DNA of 59,105 bases from positions 1-59,105 of the forward strand of contig CAJFSR010000001.1 of the NCBI GenBank assembly GCA_904419735.1. Reading direction: 5' to 3'. Both the position numbers and the translations under genes were made by a program. The DNA is from Candidatus Neochristensenella gallicola (GTDB lineage Bacteria; Bacillota; Clostridia; Christensenellales; QALW01). How positions within the stretch are numbered: the stretch's first letter is position 1; each line of letters begins with the position of its first letter. The notes below the pieces were generated by a model. It was not told the origin of the DNA, made no database searches, and saw nothing but the letters and a program-made list of their open reading frames with translations. Positions 9,456-17,642 of this stretch are shown here, in pieces.

Positions 9456-9478
9456 GCTTATATGATTAAACAGTGTAT

Positions 9479-10606
9479 TTATCCATGCGCAATTTCTTCT
9501 ATCGCGCTGAGAAAGGTATATATCTCTCGTATGTTATTAAACATTCCAAGGCTTGCCCGTACTGCTCCGGTTTCCAATGTTCCCATATAACGGTGTATCA
9601 GGGGAGCGCAGTGCAGTCCTGAACGGACAGCGATGGAATAATCCCTGTCCAGTATATTTGCTACCGAGGCAGAACTCATATCCTTTATATTAAAGCTGAG
9701 CACATTGCTTTTTATATTCTCCTCACAGTATACTGTTACGCCGCTTATATTTCTTAGGCCTTCGTTCATGCACTGGGCCAGATATATTTCCCGCTCGCGT
9801 ATTTCCTTTATTTTGGGCCTAATATATTCTATGGCTGTTCCCAGGGCGGCTATGGCGGGGGTAGCGCATGTTCCGCTCTCGTATCTGTCCGGACGCATAT
9901 CAGGCTGCTCAAGGCTTTCAGATTGGCTGCCCGTGCCTCCGGTTCGCAAAGGCTGTATTTCAAGGCCGGGCTTTAAATAAAGTATGCCGCTGCCCTGCGG
10001 GCCATAAAGGCCTTTATGGCCGGAGGTGCATAATATGTCTATGGGCTGTTCTGATAGGTTTATATCATGCGTGCCTGCTGACTGCGCCGCGTCTACCATG
10101 AATATTATCCCTTTATTACGGCAAAGAGCGCCTATAGCATCAATGTCGTTTACATAGCCTGTTACATTGGAAACATGGTTAACTATTACCAGCCGCGTTT
10201 CCGGACGAATAAGCTGAAATATCTGCTCTGGTCCCAATTTGCCGTTTTCAGGCTTGGCCACATCATAGATAATACCCCGGGTGGTCAAATCTTCTAAAGG
10301 CCTCAGCACGCTGTTGTGCTCAAATATGGTGGTTACAACATGGTCTCCGGGCTTTAATAGCCCCTTTATAGCCATGTTTAGGGAGTCGGTGCAGTTTAGG
10401 GTAAAAAAGAAATCAAACGGGTCTTTTCCTCCAAAGATGCCGCAGACTGCCTCGCGCGCCATATATACCAGGCGGGCGGCCTCGACGCTCAGTTTATGGC
10501 CGCTTCGGCCGGGGTTTGCTCCAAAATTTTGTATAGCGTTAAGAATGCTGCCGCATACGATGGCCGGTTTAGGGAAAGTAGTAGCGGCATTATCCAGATA
10601 TATCAT
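9479..10606 (-). CDS. Cysteine desulfurase family (class V PLP aminotransferase)
   Basis: IYLDNAATT, EHNSV, DAAQSAG, SGHKGLYGPQG and RSGLHCAP motifs. Confidence 0.92.
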   Translation of the reverse strand: MIYLDNAATTFPKPAIVCGSILNAIQNFGANPGRSGHKLSVEAARLVYMAREAVCGIFGGKDPFDFFFTLNCTDSLNMAIKGLLKPGDHVVTTIFEHNSVLRPLEDLTTRGIIYDVAKPENGKLGPEQIFQLIRPETRLVIVNHVSNVTGYVNDIDAIGALCRNKGIIFMVDAAQSAGTHDINLSEQPIDILCTSGHKGLYGPQGSGILYLKPGLEIQPLRTGGTGSQSESLEQPDMRPDRYESGTCATPAIAALGTAIEYIRPKIKEIREREIYLAQCMNEGLRNISGVTVYCEENIKSNVLSFNIKDMSSASVANILDRDYSIAVRSGLHCAPLIHRYMGTLETGAVRASLGMFNNIREIYTFLSAIEEIAHG

Positions 10607-10692
10607 AATATATTTTCTCCATTCACTCAAATTCTGGTCCTACAATATATTATATTGTTGAGATATATGCTCTGTCACTTATTAAGGAAGAG

Positions 10693-10974
10693 GTGAAGGA
10701 TATGACGGAAAGATACGCAATAGCGGCGTTCCGTTCGCGGTCGCAGCTTATGCGCTTTGAAAAGCTTTTGAAAGAAAATAATATAAAAGCCGAGGTAATA
10801 GCGACGCCTCAGCGGGTAAAATTAGGCTGCGGGCTCTCAATAAAATTGGAGCTGGCCTCTTTGGATGCAGCCAAAGCTGTATATATGCAGAACAGTTTGC
10901 AGTCATTGGATGGTTTTTATATTATAGAAGAAGAAAACGGCCGTACCAGAGTGCTTGGGGGCAGACTGATGTAA
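10693..10974 (+). CDS. DUF3343-like small protein
   Basis: AFRSRSQ...IATPQRVKLGCGLSIK pattern; divergent from the cysteine desulfurase gene. Confidence 0.7.
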   Translation: MKDMTERYAIAAFRSRSQLMRFEKLLKENNIKAEVIATPQRVKLGCGLSIKLELASLDAAKAVYMQNSLQSLDGFYIIEEENGRTRVLGGRLM

Positions 10975-11146
10975 TTATTTTATTAATGCCAGTAAAAGCT
11001 TTGGTTATTGTGCAGAGTTTTACCAGCGGGCGCCGGAAAAAGATCCGATGCTTTGGTTGCTGCAATAAAAGCCAGATGCTTTATTTTTAAACACAAGCCT
11101 GACCTATAAAATAAAATGCCGGATTAAAATATCCGGCAAGTATTAT

Positions 11147-11398
11147 TTATCCCTGAAGCCCTCTGGATTGCCTGTCCATATCTTCTACAACTATATCGTA
11201 TATTTCGCCCAGGCTTGCACAGTATTCAAGCACCTTCCAGGGTTCGTTGGTGTGAAAATGGATTTTTATAAGCTCGCTGTCGCCTACGGCCAGCAGGCAG
11301 TCTCCGTCAAAATGCTCTGTAAAGTATTTGTTTATGGCATCTTCGTCCAAATCCTTGCCTTCTATAAGCAGCTGGGTGTCATATTTGTAATCTATCAT
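11147..11398 (-). CDS. Small protein resembling the middle domain of DAK2/FakA-type proteins
   Basis: YDTQLLI, GDCLLAVGD, KIHFHTNEP and IVVEDM motifs. Confidence 0.75.
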   Translation of the reverse strand: MIDYKYDTQLLIEGKDLDEDAINKYFTEHFDGDCLLAVGDSELIKIHFHTNEPWKVLEYCASLGEIYDIVVEDMDRQSRGLQG

Positions 11399-11422
11399 AT
11401 TCCAGGCTCCTTTTGGTTATTT

Positions 11423-12667
11423 TTATTCCATTCCCACAATTTTGCGCAGCTGGTGTATGTCCACGTCCCGGACGTTTACATTTTGCTTAACGGCCAGCGC
11501 TGCTGCTGCTCCTGCGGCTTGGCCCGTTGCCATGCAGTCGCCGGTAACTCTGTATGAGCCGTTGGTTTCATAGGTGCCCGAAATACATCTGCCCGCTACC
11601 AGCAAGCCGTTTCTGTTTACCGGCACCAAACAGCGGTAGGGTATCTGATAGGGCGCTTCCAGGTGTATATTTTCCTGTTCGTCCTTATCGGGCAGGTGCA
11701 AATCCATGCTGAAGGCTACATCGCATATGCCGTCCTCAAATTGAGCGCCATGAACGCATTCGTCTGTTTCCAGCGTATAAAGCCCGTGTATGTGCCGGCT
11801 TTCGCGCACACCCGTCTGAGGCGCTATAGCTATAAGCTCCACATCCTTAAACATGGGTACATTTTTCTTTATATAATCAAATATTCTGTGTATTTCTTCG
11901 CGGGATTCCAGTTCGGCCTCGCTGAAAGCTACGGCGTCAGTCGGGGGCTTTTTGCGCACATGGTTCCACATCACTACGCAGCGCTTGCAGTTGGGAAGCT
12001 GTAAAACAAAGGGCCGCTTATAGGAAAATTCAAAGGGAATGCCGCAGGCTTTGCTGGCTTCTATTACCGCGTCCCTTATAGAATAATAATGAGGCTGCAT
12101 ATATTCTATATTGCCCAGCATGAACATGCAGGTTACGGGCTGGCAGAGGTTGTCGCTCTCCCGTCCCATAGTGAAGGGAACTCCTGCTGAAGCGGCGATG
12201 TCGCCGTCGCCGGTGCAGTCTATTACCACTTTGGCCTTAACCAGGCTGCGCCCGCTTTTATTCTGGATAAATACTCCCTTTACGTCCTCGCCCTCGCAGT
12301 AGGCTCCTGCCAGGAAAGTATGGAAGAGTATCTGCGCGCCGCTCTGCGTTACCATATCATCCAGCAGCTTTTTCATGATTTCAAAATCAAAAGCTATGTC
12401 ATAATATCCGCCCCAGCCTCCGCGCGCTTTCAGCTCATCGACAATTTCGGTTACAATGTAATGCTTATTCTCAAAGTCAAACAATGGAATTATAAAGCCT
12501 GCCGACCACATGCCGCCCAAAAAACCGTAACGCTCTATAAGCAGGGTTTTTGCGCCGTTGCGGGCCGCGGCTATGGCTGCGCAGACCCCAGCGGGTCCCG
12601 CGCCTGCGACAACAACGTCATATTCTCCGAATACCGGTGTTTTCAAAGTCTCGTTTATATAATCCAT
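11423..12667 (-). CDS. FAD-dependent oxidoreductase
   Basis: DVVVAGAGPAG, IDCTGDGDIA, GVRESR, YQIPYRCLVP and AGRCIS motifs. Confidence 0.88.
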   Translation of the reverse strand: MDYINETLKTPVFGEYDVVVAGAGPAGVCAAIAAARNGAKTLLIERYGFLGGMWSAGFIIPLFDFENKHYIVTEIVDELKARGGWGGYYDIAFDFEIMKKLLDDMVTQSGAQILFHTFLAGAYCEGEDVKGVFIQNKSGRSLVKAKVVIDCTGDGDIAASAGVPFTMGRESDNLCQPVTCMFMLGNIEYMQPHYYSIRDAVIEASKACGIPFEFSYKRPFVLQLPNCKRCVVMWNHVRKKPPTDAVAFSEAELESREEIHRIFDYIKKNVPMFKDVELIAIAPQTGVRESRHIHGLYTLETDECVHGAQFEDGICDVAFSMDLHLPDKDEQENIHLEAPYQIPYRCLVPVNRNGLLVAGRCISGTYETNGSYRVTGDCMATGQAAGAAAALAVKQNVNVRDVDIHQLRKIVGME

Positions 12668-12739
12668 AATTACATCCTTTCTTTTAATATTTATTATAAT
12701 TATGCTTCAGCTAGCGTTAGTATACAAAGGATAATGCGG

Positions 12740-12945
12740 CCCTAAATTGCCGGATCTGCGTTACTGCCGTGTTCCATTTCCACCATGTGCGTCTGCCCGG
12801 TACTGTTTCTGTGCCTTAAAGAGACTCAAAGTCAATCATTTTTGACTCTGTGGTTTCGGCATATGAAAATTTGCCTGTTTTCAATACAGATGGGGCAGAG
12901 GAGCGTACATCAACTGAGGATAACACAGAAAACGGGCAAATTTTC
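12740..12945. repeat. Degenerate member of the two-unit MITE/REP-like family
   Basis: Begins CCCTAAATTG (matches the TIR). Has a forward CTGCGTT...GTAC...GTGCCTT unit and a reverse unit inside an 18-bp stem (12865-12882 / 12928-12945). Confidence 0.5.
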
Positions 12946-12968
12946 TGGCAGCGGCGCATTGCTGCACA

Positions 12969-13745
12969 CTAACACTTTGTATTTGCAGAATCTGATATCA
13001 AATCGTCCATATTGTATATGCCGGGGGCTTTGTTTATTAAAAATTTAGCCGCGCTTAACGCTCCGGCGGCAAATATGCCGCGGGACTGCGCCCTATGGGT
13101 TATTTCCAGGCATTCGTCCGCTCCGGCAAAAATAACGGTGTGTTCTCCGACAATAGTGCCGCCGCGGACTGAATGTATGCCAAGCTCTTCTTTTCCGCGC
13201 TTTTGGGAAAGAGGGTGCCTGTCATAGATGTATTGCATATTTCCTCCGGCCGAGTTGTTTATTGCATCCGCCATCATTAAGGCTGTTCCGCTTGGGGCGT
13301 CTACCTTCTGGTTGTGGTGTTTTTCTATAATCTCTATATCAAAGGTATCCTTCAGGATTTTAGTAGCTGTTTTAAGCAGGCTTATCATAAGGTTGACGCC
13401 TAAGGACATATTGCCCGACATGAACAGGGGAATGCGCTCGCTTGCCTGTTTTATCTCCTTAAGCTGTTCCTCGTTGTAGCCTGTTGTAGCAAGCACGGCG
13501 GGCATATTGTTTTTGACCGCATATTCCAGCAGGGAGGAGAGCATATCGGGGCGTGAAAAATCAATTATCACATCTCCGTCAGTATTGAGTTGGGTAAAAT
13601 TGGGAAAAACGGGATAAGTACAGGAGGACGGGAATTTATCTATTCCCGCAGCAATCTTTATATCCTGGCGGGCCTGCGCCAGTTCTGTTATTGCGCGTCC
13701 CATTTTTCCGGAGCATCCGCTGAGTATTATTTTTACAGGCTGCAT
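12969..13745 (-). CDS. dapB: 4-hydroxy-tetrahydrodipicolinate reductase
   Basis: GCSGKMG, IDFSRP, EKHHNQKVDAPSGTA and RGGTIVGEH motifs. Confidence 0.95.
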   Translation of the reverse strand: MQPVKIILSGCSGKMGRAITELAQARQDIKIAAGIDKFPSSCTYPVFPNFTQLNTDGDVIIDFSRPDMLSSLLEYAVKNNMPAVLATTGYNEEQLKEIKQASERIPLFMSGNMSLGVNLMISLLKTATKILKDTFDIEIIEKHHNQKVDAPSGTALMMADAINNSAGGNMQYIYDRHPLSQKRGKEELGIHSVRGGTIVGEHTVIFAGADECLEITHRAQSRGIFAAGALSAAKFLINKAPGIYNMDDLISDSANTKC

Positions 13746-13811
13746 AATTTCGCCTTTCTCCGGCTTTTAAAATTATGGCTGCCCGCGCCGGAGAGGACAG
13801 CCATTAAGAAT

Positions 13812-14696
13812 TTAAATATTTATGCCGTATTCACGCATGGCTGCAACAAGCCGGGCGCGGTTGGATTCTTCCATTTGGGTCAGGGGAAGCCTTAAAGCCA
13901 AACTGCAAATGCCCATAAGGGAAGCCGCTGTTTTAACAGGTATTGGGTTCACTTCACAGAATAACGCTTTTATAAGAGGATAAAGCTTAATCTGAAGCTG
14001 GGCAGCCTGGGCGACTTCTCCGCTGAAGAACAGCTCGCAGAGCTTTTGCATGTCTGCAGGGAGAATATTTGAAGCCACTGATATTACGCCCTGGGCCCCA
14101 AGAGCCAGCATGGGAAGGGTGAGGCCGTCTTCTCCTGAATAGAAGGTAAAGCGGTCCCCGCAGCGGGAGAGCATATCTGTCAGCTGGTCTATGTTGCCGC
14201 TGGCCTCTTTGATTGCAACCAGTCCTGAAATATCCGACAGGCTTTCCAGAACGGCGGGAGTAATATTTAAGCCTGTGCGTCCGGGCACGTTATAAATTAT
14301 AACGGGCAGGCCGGCTGAAGCTATCGCCTCGTAGTGTGCGTGCAGCCCTTTGGGGGTACATTTATTATAGTAGGGGGTTACGGCTAAAACGGCATCCGCT
14401 TTAAGAGTACGGGCCAGAACGGCCGCCTCCGCAGCCGCAGCCGTATTATTGCTGCCTGCCCCGGCAATTACTGGCACTCTTCCCGCAACCGTGCTCACGC
14501 AGCATTCTATTGCCAGCTTTTTTTCCTGGGCGGTCATGGTTGCAGGCTCGCCGGTCGTACCTAAAACTACCAGCGCCTGTATGCCCGATTGCACCTGGTT
14601 TTCTATAAGCTTTTCAAAAGCCGGCAAATCAATTCCGTTTTCAGTAAACGGTGTTATTAATGCGGTACAGGCTCCGTTAAATAAAGGCTTAGTCAT
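13812..14696 (-). CDS. dapA: 4-hydroxy-tetrahydrodipicolinate synthase
   Basis: ALITPF, GTTGE, TPYYNK, YNVPGRTG, IKEASG and NPIPVK motifs. Confidence 0.95.
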   Translation of the reverse strand: MTKPLFNGACTALITPFTENGIDLPAFEKLIENQVQSGIQALVVLGTTGEPATMTAQEKKLAIECCVSTVAGRVPVIAGAGSNNTAAAAEAAVLARTLKADAVLAVTPYYNKCTPKGLHAHYEAIASAGLPVIIYNVPGRTGLNITPAVLESLSDISGLVAIKEASGNIDQLTDMLSRCGDRFTFYSGEDGLTLPMLALGAQGVISVASNILPADMQKLCELFFSGEVAQAAQLQIKLYPLIKALFCEVNPIPVKTAASLMGICSLALRLPLTQMEESNRARLVAAMREYGINI

Positions 14697-14814
14697 TTTT
14701 TCCCTTTCCAGAGGCGGTGCCTCTTGCTTTATACAGCCTAACGTTTTTAATTAAGTACAAGATATCCCTTCAGCCAGTTACTTCTCAAAACAGAAGGATT
14801 TTCAGGAAGCTTGA

Positions 14815-15894
14815 TCAGTCCATATAACCTTCGGCGCAGAGTAATTCAGCCATAAGCACTGCTCCTCCGGCCGCTCCCCGCAGGGTGTTATGGGACATGC
14901 AGACAAATTTATAGTCGTACTGGCTGTCTTCCCGCAGGCGGCCTATGGATATGGCCATTCCGTTTTCCAGCATCCTTTCAGATTTAATCTGAGGACGGTC
15001 GTTTTCTTCAAAATAATGCAGGAACTGCTTGGGCGCGCTGGGCAGCTCCAATTCCTGTGCGCGGCCCTTGAAGCTTGCCCATAAGTTCAAAATCTCTTCC
15101 TTTGAGGGCTTGGATTCAAAGCGCACGAATACAGCTGCGGTATGCCCGTCCGTGACAGGTATGCGTATGCACTGGGCGGTAATCTGAGGATATTGAGCGT
15201 TTACAATCTTGCCGTCCTTAATTTCGCCCCAAATTTTAAGGGGTTCCTGTTCGGATTTTTCTTCTTCTCCTCCGATATAGGGTATAACATTATCCACCAT
15301 TTCAGGCCAGCTCTCAAAGGTTTTGCCTGCGCCCGAAATGGCCTGATATGTGCATACAACCGCTTCCTTTACGCCGAAAGAATTTAAAGGGTACAGCGCG
15401 GGCACATAGCTTTGCAGGGAACAGTTGGATTTAACCGCTATAAATCCCCGCTTGGTGCCCAGCCGTCTGCGCTGGAAGGGAATGACGCGGGCGTGGTCCG
15501 CGTTAAGCTCAGGTATTATCATGGGAACGTCGGGCGTGCCCCTGTGGGCACTGTTATTTGAGATTATGGGGCATTCAAGGCGCGCATAGGCTTCTTCCAG
15601 AGCGCGTATCTCTTCCTTTTTCATATCTACTGCGCAGAAAGCAAAATCAGCCATGCCTGCTATCTTTTTCATATCCGCCTGGGCGTCCAGCACAGTTATA
15701 TCCTTGGCATATTCGGGTATGGGGCAGGTCATGCTCCATTTTTTCCCTACTGCTTCGGAATATTTTTTTCCGGCCGAGCGGGGGCTGGCTGCCAAAGCGG
15801 TTACATTGAACCAGGGATGGCTTTCCATTAAGGTTATAAAGCGCTGACCTACCATTCCGGTAGCGCCTATAATGGCAACATTGTAATTCTTCAT
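14815..15894 (-). CDS. asd: Aspartate-semialdehyde dehydrogenase
   Basis: IGATGMVGQ, SNCS, YQAISGAG and HNTLRGAAG motifs; start moved to ATG 15894. Confidence 0.95.
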   Translation of the reverse strand: MKNYNVAIIGATGMVGQRFITLMESHPWFNVTALAASPRSAGKKYSEAVGKKWSMTCPIPEYAKDITVLDAQADMKKIAGMADFAFCAVDMKKEEIRALEEAYARLECPIISNNSAHRGTPDVPMIIPELNADHARVIPFQRRRLGTKRGFIAVKSNCSLQSYVPALYPLNSFGVKEAVVCTYQAISGAGKTFESWPEMVDNVIPYIGGEEEKSEQEPLKIWGEIKDGKIVNAQYPQITAQCIRIPVTDGHTAAVFVRFESKPSKEEILNLWASFKGRAQELELPSAPKQFLHYFEENDRPQIKSERMLENGMAISIGRLREDSQYDYKFVCMSHNTLRGAAGGAVLMAELLCAEGYMD

Positions 15895-15984
15895 ATATAT
15901 CCCCTCATTAAAAAAATAATGCAGAATAACCCTTACCGTTACGCTGCAATAATACCTTAGCTGCAAAAATGCTCTCTATGGCAG

Positions 15985-16145
15985 TTAGCACTCCATCGGC
16001 AAGGATGACAGTCGGGCAGCTGTTTGCTGCACAACCAAGAGCCGCGCCGCACAACACGGTTCTTTCGGCGTAGTTACCTTTTGCCTGGCTTCATCGGGCC
16101 GTGCGCCCTGGGACAGGCTACTAATTAAATACGCACCTCTAACAT
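15985..16145 (-). ncRNA. Lysine riboswitch (L-box)
   Basis: Minus strand reads AGAGGTGCG...AGTAG...AAAGG...CGCCGAA...GACTGTC...GGAGTGCTA upstream of asd-dapA-dapB, followed by a hairpin and U-tract. Confidence 0.9.
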
Positions 16146-16418
16146 TTAGTTAATATATAATAGCATCGCGCAATGCTTTTGTAAAGCAAAATTTGCGGGG
16201 GCAGACTGTTTTTTGCGGAGCGGCTGAGTTAATTCTGTACAGAAGAGATATATGATTTATGAAACATTTCAAAATAGTTTTAAGCGGTATTGCTTAACGC
16301 AAGGATGCACAATTTCCTTCTGTATTATGCCTTTATTATATCAGTATTTTGCAGAATGCTGATACTTAAGCCTGATTTTCAGATAGAATGAAAAAGGTTA
16401 ATGGGGAGGTGAATAAAA

Positions 16419-17264
16419 ATAGGAGAGTGTATTTTAACTAAAAAAATAATATGCGCATTTGAAGCATATCTCCAAAGAGAAGAAAAAAGTGCGAATACTA
16501 TCGGGAAGTATCTGCGGGATGCACGCAGCTTTGCCCTTTTCTGTGCGGACATAATCGTTACAAAGGAAGCGGTAGTTGCTTATAAAGAGCATTTGATTAA
16601 CGGCGGTTATTCTGTCCGCAGCGTCAATTCCATGCTGGCGAGCCTTAACAGCCTGTTTTCCTTTCTGAACTGGACGGAATTCAGGGTTAAGAGTGTTAAG
16701 GTACAGAGAACGGTTTATTATCCTAGAGAAAAGGAACTGACAAGGGAGGAATATATGCGGCTTGCGGATACGGCCCGAAAAAAAGGCAATACGCGGCTTA
16801 ATCTTTTATTGCAAACCATCTGTGGTACGGGTATACGCGTAAGCGAGCTGCAATTTATAACTGTTGAGGCGGTTAGGCGAGGCGAAGTATCAGTTTCTCT
16901 TAAAGGAAAAACCAGGACGGTTTTCATTGTACGCGCATTGCGGAAAAAACTGCTGAGTTATGCCGCGGAACAGGGCATTAAATCGGGAGCGATATTTATT
17001 ACCCGCACCGGCAGACCTGTAAGCCGCACCAATATCTGGAGGGAGATGAAAGGCATTTGCGCTCAATCCAACGTAAATCCGGCAAAGGTCTTCCCGCATA
17101 ATCTGCGCCGCCTTTTTGCCCGCGTATTTTACAGCCTGGAAAAGGATATAGCCAAACTTGCTGATATATTGGGACATTCCAGCATCAATACCACTCGTAT
17201 TTATATTATCTCTACCGGTGCGGAGCACCGCAGGCAAATGGAAAACATGCGTTTGATAATATAG
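16419..17264 (+). CDS. Tyrosine recombinase/invertase
   Basis: TGIRVSE, HNLR and LGHSSINTTRIY catalytic motifs. The frame is open back to ATA 16419 behind GGAGGTG and includes the N-terminal EEKSANTIGKYLRD segment. Confidence 0.85.
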   Translation: MGECILTKKIICAFEAYLQREEKSANTIGKYLRDARSFALFCADIIVTKEAVVAYKEHLINGGYSVRSVNSMLASLNSLFSFLNWTEFRVKSVKVQRTVYYPREKELTREEYMRLADTARKKGNTRLNLLLQTICGTGIRVSELQFITVEAVRRGEVSVSLKGKTRTVFIVRALRKKLLSYAAEQGIKSGAIFITRTGRPVSRTNIWREMKGICAQSNVNPAKVFPHNLRRLFARVFYSLEKDIAKLADILGHSSINTTRIYIISTGAEHRRQMENMRLII

Positions 17265-17283
17265 CATGTTTTACGCTCGCATT

Positions 17284-17309
17284 AAAAAATCCGCTGCCGA
17301 GCAGCGGAT
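17284..17309 (-). terminator. Intrinsic terminator outside the left inversion site
   Basis: Minus strand ATCCGCTGC-TCG-GCAGCGGAT followed by a T-run. Confidence 0.7.
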
Positions 17310-17313
17310 GAGT

Positions 17314-17603
17314 ACATAAGAAGCATTATGTTGTATTCCAGGGTAATATCTAGTGCGGCACCCTTATATTTTCATGTCATTATATCATGCTTTCTTGAGG
17401 CATGCAAGATATTTTGGGTATAAAAAACTGATTTTTCAGAAAAATTCGGCTTTTTACGCAGCACAAATAAGCCTTTTAACAAAGAATTTTTAAAAGGCCT
17501 GTTTTAACACGTTTATTTTTCAGTTAATTTACATATCGTCCTTTTCCCGCATCTGCGCCCGTTCTCTTTTCCGCCCGCGTTTATTACATAATGCTTCTTA
17601 TGT
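17314..17603. other. Invertible promoter segment (inverton) bounded by 18-bp inverted recombination sites
   Basis: ACATAAGAAGCATTATGT (17314-17331) and its exact reverse complement ACATAATGCTTCTTATGT (17586-17603). Each site is an ACATAA-N6-TTATGT dyad with an asymmetric core, next to a tyrosine recombinase. Confidence 0.85.
17379..17407 (-). promoter_or_regulatory. Sigma-A promoter inside the inverton, pointing away from the downstream gene (OFF)
   Basis: Minus strand TTGCAT-17 bp-TATAAT with extended -10 TG. Confidence 0.75.
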
Positions 17604-17642
17604 TGTAAAACTGAAATTTATTATGAAGGTAGGTATATTGAA

